Below are positions 33,896 to 45,900 of a stretch of 64,000 nt of DNA, piece after piece (position 1 is the first letter of the stretch; each line of letters begins with the position of its first letter). This DNA comes from Macrostomum lignano (lineage: Eukaryota): the NCBI GenBank assembly GCA_002269645.1, contig NIVC01002128.1, positions 124,001 to 188,000 on the forward strand. Direction: 5' to 3'. Made by a program: the position numbers and the translations under genes. The notes beneath the pieces were generated by a model, which ran no database searches, had not been told where the DNA came from, and saw only the letters and a list, made by a program, of their open reading frames with translations.

Positions 33896-34605
33896 TGTGT
33901 TTTTAAGCCTATTTTTTCCATACCCTTAATCTATATCCATTTTTACGGCAAATTAGAAATTTTGTTAATTTAAAAGTTTCTTACATAACTTTTCAGCAGA
34001 TATTTATGCACACAGTTCTACATTCATACGACTTGATGAAGGCAAGTTGAACCACTTATTCCCTGCTTGCACGAGATGTTTGCACGAGAAAGTGTGCCAT
34101 CGCTGCGACAAATTTTAAGAACAGGTTAAAGCGCATGTTTATTTTTGCATGCATTAGGCATCTACACATTCATAGCAGTTAGTCACTTTCCGTTTCCTCT
34201 GGGAAAGTCTGCTTGTCCCTCAACTGGTCGTGGCCTAAAATTCTTAATTGCTAACCCAAGTGTAGCCATCTTAGATAGCATTTATCACCTGGGGTACACT
34301 TCGAGAGTTAGATAGGCCAAACAGACTCTTGGAACAGGCTTATATTGCACAAACTGCGCGGTCTGTGTTGCGGGCTCTGACCAGAACTGCCTATAGCGCC
34401 GCCCACCGCCAGCAGCTCTTTAGGCAAAGATTTGTTCTCAATCCTTATCTATTGTGTTCAGCTGCTCGTCGGCAGATACAGTAATCGAGTGTACAGAGAT
34501 TGCTGGCCCGCGCTCACAGCGTACTCTCGGTCGTGCAGCAGCAGTCTTGGGGCTAGAGAGACCGCAGAAAAAAAGAGGGGTGGCTTCGCGGCAAAAAAGC
34601 AGAGC

Positions 34606-36115
34606 ATGCCAAAAGACATCAAGCACAGACTTGAGCGGGCCAGACAAGCCGTAGCCAGTTGGTTGCCACACCAGGACGACAGCAGCGGCAGGTACGGCCG
34701 AAAACGCATCTCAACGCCGCAGCTGGTCAAGCGAACGCTGCACGTTAGCTACGACTCTCTGTCGGGCACTTATCAGGGCGTGCCGCAGAGGTGGCTACCG
34801 GAGTTCAACAGCCGCCTACTGGCGCACCCGTCAGGAGCTAAACAGTCCATCATGTCCTTTGCGTCGTTGCCAGCTTCGTCGGTGCTTTCCGTTGGCGCAG
34901 CGGCTGCAGAGTCGACGACAGACCGAAGAGAGGCCTGGACGGACTCGCCTCCGCCCACGCCGCCATCGCGAATGAGCCTGGGCAGGACGTACGACGGTGC
35001 TGCCAGTGCGGCTCAACAGCAGCACCAGTCGCGATGGAGCTCGGTAAGAAGCTTCAGTTTTCCTCATAGTCAGACAATGTACAACACATCATGTGCGCTG
35101 TGGACCCCAGATCGATTTTAATGCATAAACTTTTTACTCTATTCGAGGCAGGGGCTGTTCACCCTGGCGCAATTTAGGCGACATTGTCACACAAGCGGCG
35201 AGAGGCATTACTGCCCATTTCGCCGACTCCCATGAGCAGGCACGCAATCGCACGGATACGTACGCAGTCATACGCACAGGCACACACTCACACAGGAGTG
35301 TACAGCGGCCCTGACTTTATTTATCGTTAGGCATGTACACTTCACTGCGCCTTGGGGGTTGGGCCTCAAGGGCGTTAATTGCATTCTACATGTAAGACCC
35401 ACGCTGAGAGGCTTATAAAACATATCAAAGCGTCGCACTGAACCACTAGGCTATACGGTCCCCTTCGTTCGAATGATGCACGAATGATCTGGAGTCAGTT
35501 CTAGAGACTTCGGGGCGAGAGTCGGACGTGCTTCGGCTCCGCTGCTCAAGCCTCTATACATTGCTCGTAGTGTTTAACTCTATTAAACCAATGTCTGAGA
35601 TTTTACATTTGTGTGAAATGACTGCTATATTTCAGCGATCGCGAGAATTTTCGCCTCAGACCAACCATCAGCAGCAGCCGCAACAGCAGCAGCCGCCGCA
35701 GGTTTGGTTCGACCGCTGCACTCGCCGATTCGTCAACCTGCCGCCGCACTGGCGCGAGCGACTCCAGAGGAACAACCTGACTGAGTGGTCGGAGTTCCAG
35801 CGAAATCCCGCGCTGCTGACCACCGTGTTCACCATGATGGACGAGGAGCTTCGGAAGATGGACCTCTCCGAGCTGGGTTTGGACTCCAGCGTGCACTCTT
35901 CAGTAGAGACGACCGCGCCCGAGGAGCCGGGACCGAGAAGCAGCAACTCCACCGCGATCAATGCCGACAGTCGCGCTGTATCGACTGAGGAATCCAACGG
36001 ACCGCAGCCGCCAGCGCCAGCAGCGCCGTCAGCAAGAAGCTCCTTGGTGTGGCGTCAACAGCGAAGCTTCGTCAGAGACGACGATAGCGACAGTGAAGAG
36101 TTCGTCGAGATTTAG
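34606..36115 (+). CDS. Kinase-less protein with two PAK-type PBD/CRIB-like segments (about 305 aa)
   Basis: Exons 34606-35043 (donor gtaaga) and 35636-36115 (acceptor tttcag), phase 0. Segment 1, ISTPQLVKRTLHVSYDSLSGTYQGVPQRW, and segment 2, VWFDRCTRRFVNLPPHWRERLQRNNLTEWSEFQRNPALLTTVF, both resemble the PAK1 PBD/autoinhibitory region ([52 protein letters not shown]). The start codon is uncertain. Confidence 0.7.
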
Positions 36116-36297
36116 AATTGCAGGCCTCAGCTGACAGAAAAACCAACAAAACTGACAAGTTGACAAGACGCTAGCAAGAGTCGTAGGTTCTCCCGATCCA
36201 AATTTGCATGGACTTTGCTACTATAGTGCCTGTAGCTACGAGTACATAGGCAGCCATTTCTATTCCATCTAGCCTTCATTTAAGATACAATTTGAAT

Positions 36298-36593
36298 CAG
36301 GGTTCGGAAAACTTTTTTACCTCAAGGGGCAGTTAAAAAATTCAGCTCATGGCTGCGGGCGACATGAGAAAGAAAATAGAAGATGAGAGATAAGAGAGAG
36401 GAGAGGCGAGAGTAGAGGAAATGGGTGAGAGGAGAGGGGATAGCGAATGAGCAGACAGAGAGAAGAGAGCTGAGAAGAGACACAAACATTGAGCAGGTCG
36501 GATTGCCATGGTGAAGTTTCACAGGACCCGAGGGCCGGATTGAGATCGGCTTTGCGGGCCGCATGTGGCCGGAGGCCCGGAGCTTGCCGACCC
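36298..36593 (-). mobile_element. hAT-like MITE, CT-core family (short copy)
   Basis: Ends cagggttcggaaaact and agcttgccgaccc; contains the ggcccgc/ggccacatgcggcccg motif shared with 60711-61508. Confidence 0.75.
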
Positions 36594-36689
36594 AAAATTT
36601 GGATGATTTATAATTAGCGTAAAAGCTCTTGACTGTCTTTAGTCGCCTGTCCCAGAGTGTTGGATATACGCTTGTAACAGCGCATTACT

Positions 36690-37786
36690 ACACCTTTTCA
36701 CGTTCAATTCAAGGACAACTTAAGTAGAAGGACGCAACACTCGAAATCTGTGGTAAATGTTTTGAAGGCAACTTTTCGCCGAAAAATACACCACTGAGAT
36801 AGGAGGTTTTCATTTTTTCAGCACAAAAATTGTTATTGCTTTTGATAGGAGGCAGATCCAGTGTTCATCTTTTGATATGCTGTGCCTTTCTCATTGCTTT
36901 ATCGATATTTATAAAGCTTTTCGTTTATAAATAGTTTTAAAGGCAGGTTTCATCGGAGGGGTACACTATGGAGATAGGAAATTCCACGATTTTCAACACT
37001 GGAACAGTGATTGGGTCTCTTAACAGTGTCAGAGAAAGTCCTAATCACACTATTTGTGCCTCACATGCTGCTCTAATGACGCATTAATCGATTTTTCATG
37101 TTAAATTGGTCTGTCACTTGAAAAAACTTTTAAAACAATGACAAGAACAATTTAACATGAAAAATCGATTGATGCGTCGTTAGAGCAGCATGTGAGGCAC
37201 AAAAAGACTTTCTCTGAAACTGTTAAGAGACCCAATCACTGTTTTAGTGTTGAAAATCGTGAAATTTCCCATCTCCGTAGTGTGTTTTTCCGGTGAAACC
37301 TGCCTTTAAAACTATTTCCGAACGAAAAGCTTTATGAATATCGATAGAGCAATAAGAAAGGCACAACATATCAAAAGATGAACACTGGATCTGCCTCTTA
37401 TCAAAAGCAATAACAATGTTTGTGCTAAAAAAATTAAAACCTCCTATCTCAGTAGTGTATTTTTCGGCGAAAAGTTGCCTTCAAAACATTTACCATAGAT
37501 TTTGAGTGTTGCGTCCTATATATATGTTACTTGAGTAGTCCTTGGTTCAATTTTGATCAAAGTCCAGTTCTAATTTTGATCAAAGTCCAGTTCTAAAAAA
37601 ACTAGCGGAAATTCAATTCAGACTGGTGAAAATTTTGTCTATGGCTAAACCTTGCTTCGGTGGCAGAATATTTTGAACTGGGGTTTGTTTTTATTGATTT
37701 CCCGTAAGCGTTGCCCCAGTCTGAATTGAATTTTCGCTAGTTTTTTTGGAACTGGACTTTGATCAAAATTGAACGTGAAGAGGTGT
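36690..37786. mobile_element. Foldback/MITE-like long inverted repeat
   Basis: 36729-37108 is the imperfect reverse complement of 37148-37517, for example aggacgcaacactcgaaatc vs gattttgagtgttgcgtcct and gaggcagatccagtgttcatc vs gatgaacactggatctgcctc. Outer ends are caccttttcacgttcaatt vs aattgaacgtgaagaggtg. Confidence 0.9.
37546..37773. mobile_element. Second inverted-repeat element nested in the right arm of the foldback
   Basis: tttgatcaaagtccagttctaaaaaaactagcggaaattcaattcagactgg versus ccagtctgaattgaattttcgctagtttttttggaactggactttgatcaaa. Confidence 0.85.
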
Positions 37787-39956
37787 TGCTACAGATTACC
37801 ACTAAGGTCAGAAACATTAAAGTCGAATTCAACCCCACCCCCCTAATTTGACCCAGAGTCCAATGTCTATGGGAATAATGTACTGAGTACTTTCTCGCTC
37901 CTGAAGCCGTGATGTCGTCGAAGCACTATGTCTGTGGCCAAAAGTCTCATTCTCTGCGTAAATGTATAAACGGACATGTAGGAAGGCCGTCCTACATACT
38001 TATTCTTTATAAGGTATCTCGATAATTTTCCTATTATGTCACCTGTTAATTTATCAGATTGTCATCTAATAAACTTAGTGCCAAACCCCCTACAAATTCC
38101 GTTAGTACACAGCTTAACCAAGTATTGTACTGCTTAAAATCTTAAATTAGCTGACTTACTTGTACAAGAATGCACGTTCACGAAACCTTTAAAGATTGGG
38201 TGGCCTTGAGATTGTATATTTTTACATAGCTTTTGACAATACTCAAATGCACTAATATTGATAAATATACAGTATACAGGTAAACTCAATAACAAACAAC
38301 TCCTAATGACGCAAAAATGATTTATGACAATTTCTGTTTTTTGTATTTCTGAAAAAGTTTCTTAAAATTTATTTCATATAGTCAAAAACTCGTGTAAGAA
38401 AGCAAGGAGAGAGCAGAGAGAATCGCCAAAAATGTATGCAAATAATATTTTCAGTGTTATCATAACAGCTATAAGTGATGATTTTTTTAAGAGGCATGGA
38501 CTAATCGGTAGGGCAATTGTGGCAAGCAAGTCGATAATCTCTTTAACAGCGCAAGTAGAGATGGAACAGAGAAAAATAGCATCATATATAATATTATAAT
38601 TAGTATATAGCGATGTAGTTAAAGCCAACAAACTATTCCAACAGATGCAAAAAATACTGCCTTTTTAGTCGTTTATTATTATTTATTATTAATATTTACA
38701 TCATAAAGATGTGGCTCTGTACGGCTGAGTATTATGTAGTCCGGATGTAAGCACAGCTTGATTTCATAATTAGTAAAGTAATTTATGTAAGCACATGTGC
38801 GCTAAAAGTGACTTGCCATCATTAAATGAGTTATCAAAGGTATTAAAAAAACTGCAAAAGATACATCTACACACCAAAGCACTAATATCTGAGAAACTTT
38901 GTTAAGCAATTAATATGGTTACGTAATCAGTATTACTCCTAATTATACAATACAGTGCGAAAGATCACGCTTAACTTGAGTAATGAATTAACTTGAGTCA
39001 TCAACTTGCTTAAAGTCTGTTAAACTTCAAACAAACAAACAAGTACACAACACGCTACTTTAAGTAGGCAAATGTCTAAATAAATCATAATTAAAGAAAC
39101 AATAAAAAATTCGAGGCACTATGAAATAATATTTCATAATAACTACTTATAACAATAATTTTAGCATGACAAAAGCAATTATAACTTAGGCGCTAAAAAC
39201 TCAGGCATATCTATAGCAAGGATAAAGAATATACTAAACTATGTACAAAATTTTCTCCTAATACAATTGGCTGCCCAGTGAGACCAGGCCCAGATGACAG
39301 TCAAATAAAGTCAGTTATTAAGCAGCACCGATGCAGAGCTGCTATCGAATTTGTCAGTCAAGTTGAATCCTATTGTTTCGCTGAGCTATGCACTGTGTAT
39401 TTATTGGGGAATAAATGGTATATATTCGCCATTTATACCAGTGCTAGGGCAATAAATGCTTGAGTGACTTGTTTATTGACCGAGGCTGCACAGAGAAATA
39501 AACCGATTATTTGCACCGATGCAAATAAATGAAATTTACACTGAAGACCATAGACGTTCGACCGGGGCAAGTGGTGGATACATTAGTTTCTGTAGTCTAT
39601 GGCCAGGCCCAATTAGCCCGCTGAAAACGGTACCCAGGCCGAGAAACATGGATGAAGGAATACACTGGATTGCTCATCTGAAATAGTCTATGGTCGAATT
39701 CTTTCCTCCAAACTTGGAATTTACCCCCCTAGGAATCTATTGGCTGATGAAAGTTAAAAATAATCCCCCGTAGGACTTGATTGGCTGCTGAATCAGTCTA
39801 TCAAATACATCTTTGGATTTCCCTCAAATTTTCAAATTTCCATGACTGATACAGTCTGCGTTAAAGTGCATGACCGGCTTTATAGTCTATGGCATCTAGT
39901 GGCTGTTGTCTAATTATCAACTTCACCTGACAAAAGCAACGCTTAGACCGAACTGC

Positions 39957-42900
39957 CTACAGATTGTAGGCTACATAAATTGGATCCAACTTGTCGTCAA
40001 GGAACCCGTCTCTGAGGTGCATCCGCTGTTTCTCGCCGCGGCTGTTCAGCGGGATGGTGCGCGGATCGCAGATCACGATGACGCCAGCTATGAGATGGTG
40101 CTCCTCCAGGATGCTCGAAGTGATTAGCGGGATTAGGTCGAGCGATTCGAACTCTTTGCCATTGAGTTCGGCCACGACAACAAGCAGGGAGCGCCAGGTG
40201 AACACGGCGCTGCCAAATGCGGTTTGGGTTGGTTTTAAATTGGCGCCACACGTTCTTGTTATAACTACAGTGATAGCTCTGTACTACAAGTCCACCTTCA
40301 AGCCTTCAGTGGAAATCACAAAATCCATTTAGGCCTTTAGGAACCGTCACTAAATGCACTCAGCCACTCACATTCCTGCAGGTCGTTAATGAACACTGCT
40401 ACCGCCCTACCCTCAGGCTCTTAGAGAAAACAGAACAGCTCCTACAGTATAAACTGTGACCTTCAGGTGGATACTGCTACCCCCCCTTATACTCAGGCCT
40501 TCAGGTGCCCCCCCCTATACTCAGGCCTTCAGGTGCCCCCCCCCTATACTCAGGCCTTCAGGTGCCCCCTCCCCTATACTCAGGCCTTCACGTGCCCCCC
40601 CCCTTATACTCAGGTCTTAAGGTGAACACTGCTACTCCCCTATACTCAGGCCTTCAGGTAAACACTGCTACTCCCCCCCCAATATTCAGGCCTTCAGGTG
40701 AATACTGCTACTCCCCCCCCCCCTATACTCAGGCCTTCACGTTCCCCCCCTTATACTCAGGCCTTCAGGTAAACACTGCTACTCCCCCCCAATATTCAGG
40801 CCTTCAGGTGAAAACTGCTACTCCCCCTATACTCAGGCCTTCAGGTGGCCACTGCTACTCCCACTATTCCCAGGCCTTCAGGTGGACACTGCTACCCCTC
40901 TATACTCAGGCCTTCAGGTGGACACTGCTACCCCTCTATACTCAGGCCTTCAGGTGGACACTGCTACCCCTCTATACTCAGGCCTTCAGGTGGACACTGC
41001 TTCTCCCCCTATACTCAGGCCTTCAGGTGGACACTGCTATCCCTCTATACTCAGGCCTTCAGATAATCACTACCCCCCCCCCCAATACTCGGGCCTTCAG
41101 GTGGCCACTGTTATCCCCTCATACTCAGGAATTATCAGAGTGCAATTAAAGCAACAATTCCCCAACAAGCTACTGTCAGTAGCAGAATCGCTCACCACTC
41201 GCAGACGGTGTGATGACAGCGCACCACCGTGGCCTCAATATCGCCAGGATGATATCGCAGGCCGCGCAGCTGGATGGCTTCGTCCAGAGCGCCAACCAGA
41301 AACACGGCATCGTGACGAGAGCCGTCAACAGCCGTGAGGTCGGTTCGCTTCACGAAGCCCAGGTAGCCGGTTCGGCAATAGCGGACTGAGGTATCGCCTC
41401 CGGCAGTCAGGCAGGCATTGAAGTGGTCCCTGGCGCTGGCGGGGTCCACGGCTCCGGAGGTGTCGGTGTCGCCGCCGCCGAAGCCGCTGCCTAGCAAGGC
41501 GCAGTACCCGGATGCGCTGTGACCCGCCGCGACCCAAATCTCGCCCAGATGAGAATCGGCGCACTGAGTTCGAGTCTCCGGGTTGGCGATCACCACTCGG
41601 GTGCCGCAGAGCAGCTGGCCGCATTCCGACAGGGGCAGCGAGCCCGGGCTGCCCCGGTCCACCAGCTGCACTCGGTCCTGCGGCATCAGGGACGGGTTGG
41701 GTGCCGGCTGTCCAGCTGCCTCAACCTTTATCTCCCTCCGTCTCACCCTTTATCTCCCTCTGCCTCACCCTTTATCTCCCTCTGTCTCACCCTTTATCTC
41801 CCTCTGTCTCACCCTTTATCTCCCTCTGTCTCACCCTTTATCTCCCTCTGTCTCACCCTTTATCTCCCTCTGCCTCACCCCTCATCTCCCTCCGTCTCAC
41901 CCTTTATCTCCCTCTGCCTCACCCTTTATCTCCCTCCGTCTCACCCTTTATCTCCCTCAGTCTCACCCTTTATCTCCCTCTGCCTCACCCTTTATCTCCC
42001 TCTGCCTCACCCCTTATCTCCCTCCGTCTCACCCTTTATCTCCCTCTGCCTCACCCTTTATCTCCCTCCGTCTCACCCTTTATCTCCCTCAGTCTCACCC
42101 TTTATCTCCCTCTGCCTCACTCTTTATCTCCCTCTGTTTCACCGTTTATCTCCCCCTGCCTCACCCTCAGTATCGTCTGTATCTCACCCTGTCTCCCCTA
42201 GGTCTGCCCTCAATCTCACTCTCGCTCTCTCTCTACCCTATCTCACCCTCTCTCTCCACTCTGTTTCACCGTCCTTCTCCACTCTACCTGACCTTCTCTC
42301 TACACTCTTAACCATGTACCCATCTCTCTATCTGCCATTTGTTTTCAGACTCTCCTTCCTTCTCACCCAGCTTCTCATCGTTCTCATCCTCACCTGGCGC
42401 AGCGCGGCCGCGTCCACATAGACGGTGCTGCACTCCGGCGACGAGGCGCCCTGCAGGCAGATGCACGCATTGACCCGGCACCCGAAGCTGGCGCTGAGAG
42501 CGGAGGCTTTGAGGCCCAACGGGCTGAACAGCTTGCTGAAGCTCTGCAGCAGACCGAGGCGGGGCCGCTCCTCGGCTACGGCGATTAGCGACCGGAGACT
42601 CGACAGGCTGACTTGAAGCTTTTGCTGCACAGGGTATAGGGAGAGATAGGGAAATAGAGATAGATTTGGGGATAATTAGGGATTACAGAAAATGGGGATA
42701 ATCGGGGAAGACAGAAAATGGGGATAATCAGGGATAACAGAGAATTGGGATAATTTGGGAATACAGACAATGGGGATAATCGGGGATAACAGAGAATTGG
42801 GATAATTGGGAAATACAGACAATGGGGATAATCGGGGATAACAGAGAATTGGGATAATTGGGGAATACACACAATGAGGATAATTGGGGAAGACCGACAA

Positions 42901-45900
42901 TCGGGATAATTGGGGAATACACAATGAGGATAATTGGGGAAGACCGACAATCGGGATAATTGGGGATAACAGAGAATTGGGATAATTGGGGAATACAGAC
43001 AATGGGGTTAATCGGGGATAACAGAGAATTGGGATAATTGAGGAATACAGACAATGAGGATAAATGGGGAAGACAGACAATGAGGATAATTGGGGAAGAA
43101 AGACAATAGGGATAATTGGAGGATTCAGACAATGGGGACAATTGGGGAGACAGATAATGGGAATGATTGGGGAAGATTATTTGGCATCAGTTTGACAGTA
43201 AAAAGAAGCAGGGAAGATTAGGAAAACCGATGAAGACAATAAAAAAAACCTCACCTTGAGCAGGTCCAGCTGCTGGGCCAGCTGCGAGGCGCACAGGTCC
43301 AACACTGGGTAGCTGCAGAATGCGTCCCGGATTCCCCGCTGACTGACGGCGAACAGAAATGCCGCAGGGGAGGCCTCAAGCTCGGCGGGAGGCAGCAGCA
43401 CAGTGTGATGCCCGGTGTACACTGAGCACAGGCACCAGAGCGCGAATGACAGGCCCGAGTAAGGGTCCAGACACAGAGCAATCTCCCTGGTTGGGTACAG
43501 CTCGCACTGCAGTTTGACAGCTTTGCACAGGTGCACAGCGGCTCTATGGGTGACTCGAACTCCGGATAGCAGGCCCGTAGTGCTGATGGAGAAGTCTAAA
43601 TAAGCGTCGGAGTCTGGATGCGCCGGGGCCGGCTGCTGCTGCTGATGCTGAACCTTCCGCTTGTCGTCAATGTCAACAACCGGAGGCCAGGAGTTCGCGG
43701 CCTGCTGGTGATGACTGAGCAGGGCTTTGAGCAGCTTAGCGGTAGGCTGATTGGTCAGCAACAGAGAGGCTTTGCTAGCCTGCAGGACGGCTTGGCAAGC
43801 TGGCAGGCCCTGATGCCCGATCGTCTGGTTGCCGCTGCCCACTGTTGAACTGCCCGACAGGCTGGACGATGAGGAGGCTGCGGCTGATGAAGAAGACGGC
43901 GGCGGTCGCATAGCAACTGGGAGGCAGCCGGCGTAGAAGCAGCCGAAGACGCCGACAATAAGATCAAGTCCTGGCGGCAGCATCAAAGCCACAGCGTGCT
44001 GCTGCTGCTGGTCGGTGCTGAGCGACTGCGGCAGGCGGGACCGCAGCAGGGCGGCGAGTCTCTCGGCCCGTTTGTGCAGCCCCAGCGCGGTGAGGCACTG
44101 CTCAGGCTGAGCAGCCTGCGGCCCCACCAGCTTGCCGGCTGACAGCACAGTGAACAGGCGCTGGTCCGGGTCCCGGCTCCGAGCTCGCAGGGTGTCGGCG
44201 AGGCTCATCCAGCCGCCGCCGCCGCCGCCGCCCTGCTGCTGCTGAAGCGCATCGTCTGGCATCGGGCGGCCTTCGGCTTCGGCAAGGCGAGCACCCTGGA
44301 CCAGGGAGCCGACCATCATTGACAGCGGCTCGGCGCTGGTGGCCTGCCGCGGCTTGGGCAGGTTGGTGACGGTGGAGTGCGGGCACATCAGGATGTTGGC
44401 CGGGTGCAGCTGGCCGGCCGCGAACCTGCGGCGGGTCTCGTGCGAGTTGATGCCGCCCAGGGGACTGCGAGGCAGCGAGTTGGGCGGCACCAGGGCGATG
44501 CAGTAGACTCCGACCTGGGCGAAGAATTGTAAGACTTGCGCATGTTAGCTTGCCGCTCTACTACAAGTAGGTTAACTGCGCGTAAATATAAATTACGATA
44601 CAGGACCAATCCTGAAGGATTCTTCAGAATATTTCAGAATAGTATAAAGAAAATCACAGAGGAAGCTTTGAGAATATCGCAAGTGAACTTTTGAGGGTGT
44701 CTATCTGGAATTCTTGAAGAATCTTGAAGAATATCTAAAAAGAATTCTTGTATTCATCAATATCTTAGGAAACTTCTGATGGGTTTCTCAAGGAGAATTC
44801 TGGGGAATATCTCTTGGAGAATTCTGATGGGTAATATCTGAATAAGAATACTGAGTAATTTCTCTTGAGGAATTCTGTAGGAATATCTCTAGGAGAATTT
44901 TGAGGGATATCTCAAGGAGAATTCTAGGGAAATATTTAAACGACTTGAGAAGTCTAGGGGAACATCTTAAGAATAATTCTAGGGGAATATCTCAAGAATA
45001 ATTCTAGGGGAATATCTCAACGAGAATTCTAGGGGAATATCTCAAGAAGAATTCTAGGGAGTATCTCAAGGAGAATTGTAGGGGAATATTTAAAGAATAC
45101 TAGGGCTCAAGGAGAATACTAGGAAAATATCTCAAGAAGTCTAGGGGAATATCTCAAGGAGAATTCTAGGGGAATATCTCAAGAAGAATTCTAGGGGAAT
45201 ATCTCAAGGAGAAGTCTAGGGGAATATTCCAAGGAGAATTCTGGGGAATATCTCAAGGAAAATTCTAGGGAAATATCTCAAGAGAATTGTAGGGGAATAT
45301 CTAAAGAATACTAGGGGAATCTCAAGGAGAATACTAGGAAAATATCTCAAGGAAAATTATAGGGGAATATCTCAAGGAGAAGTATAGGGGAATATCTCAA
45401 GGAGAAGTCTAGGGGAATGTTCCAAGGAGAATTCTGGGGAATATCTCAAGGAAAATTCTAGGGAAATATCTCAAGAGAATTGTAGGGGAATATCTAAAGA
45501 ATACTAGGGGAATCTCAAGGAGAATACTAGGAAAATATCTCAAGGAAAATTATAGGGGAATATCTCAAGGAGAAGTATAGGGGAATATCTCAAGGAGAAG
45601 TCTAGGGGAATATTCCAAGGAGAATTCTGGGGAATATCTCAAGGAGAATTCTAGGGAAATATCTCAAGAGAATTGTAGGGGAATATCTAAAGAATACTAG
45701 GGGAATCTCAAGGAGAATTCTGGGGGAATATCTCAAGGAGAATTCTAGGGGAATATCTCAAAGAGAAGTCTAGGGAAATATTCCAAGGAGAATTCTGGGG
45801 GAATATCTCAAGGAGAATTCTGGGGGAATATCACACGCAGAATTCCGTGGAATATTTCAGGGAGAATTTTGTAGGAATATCTCAGAGCAGTCTGTCTAAT

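Noticed and set aside
39548-39892. Short ccatagac / gtctatgg inverted motifs as a MITE
   Set aside because: Only 8-bp matches with several alternative right ends and no TSD; too weak to call.
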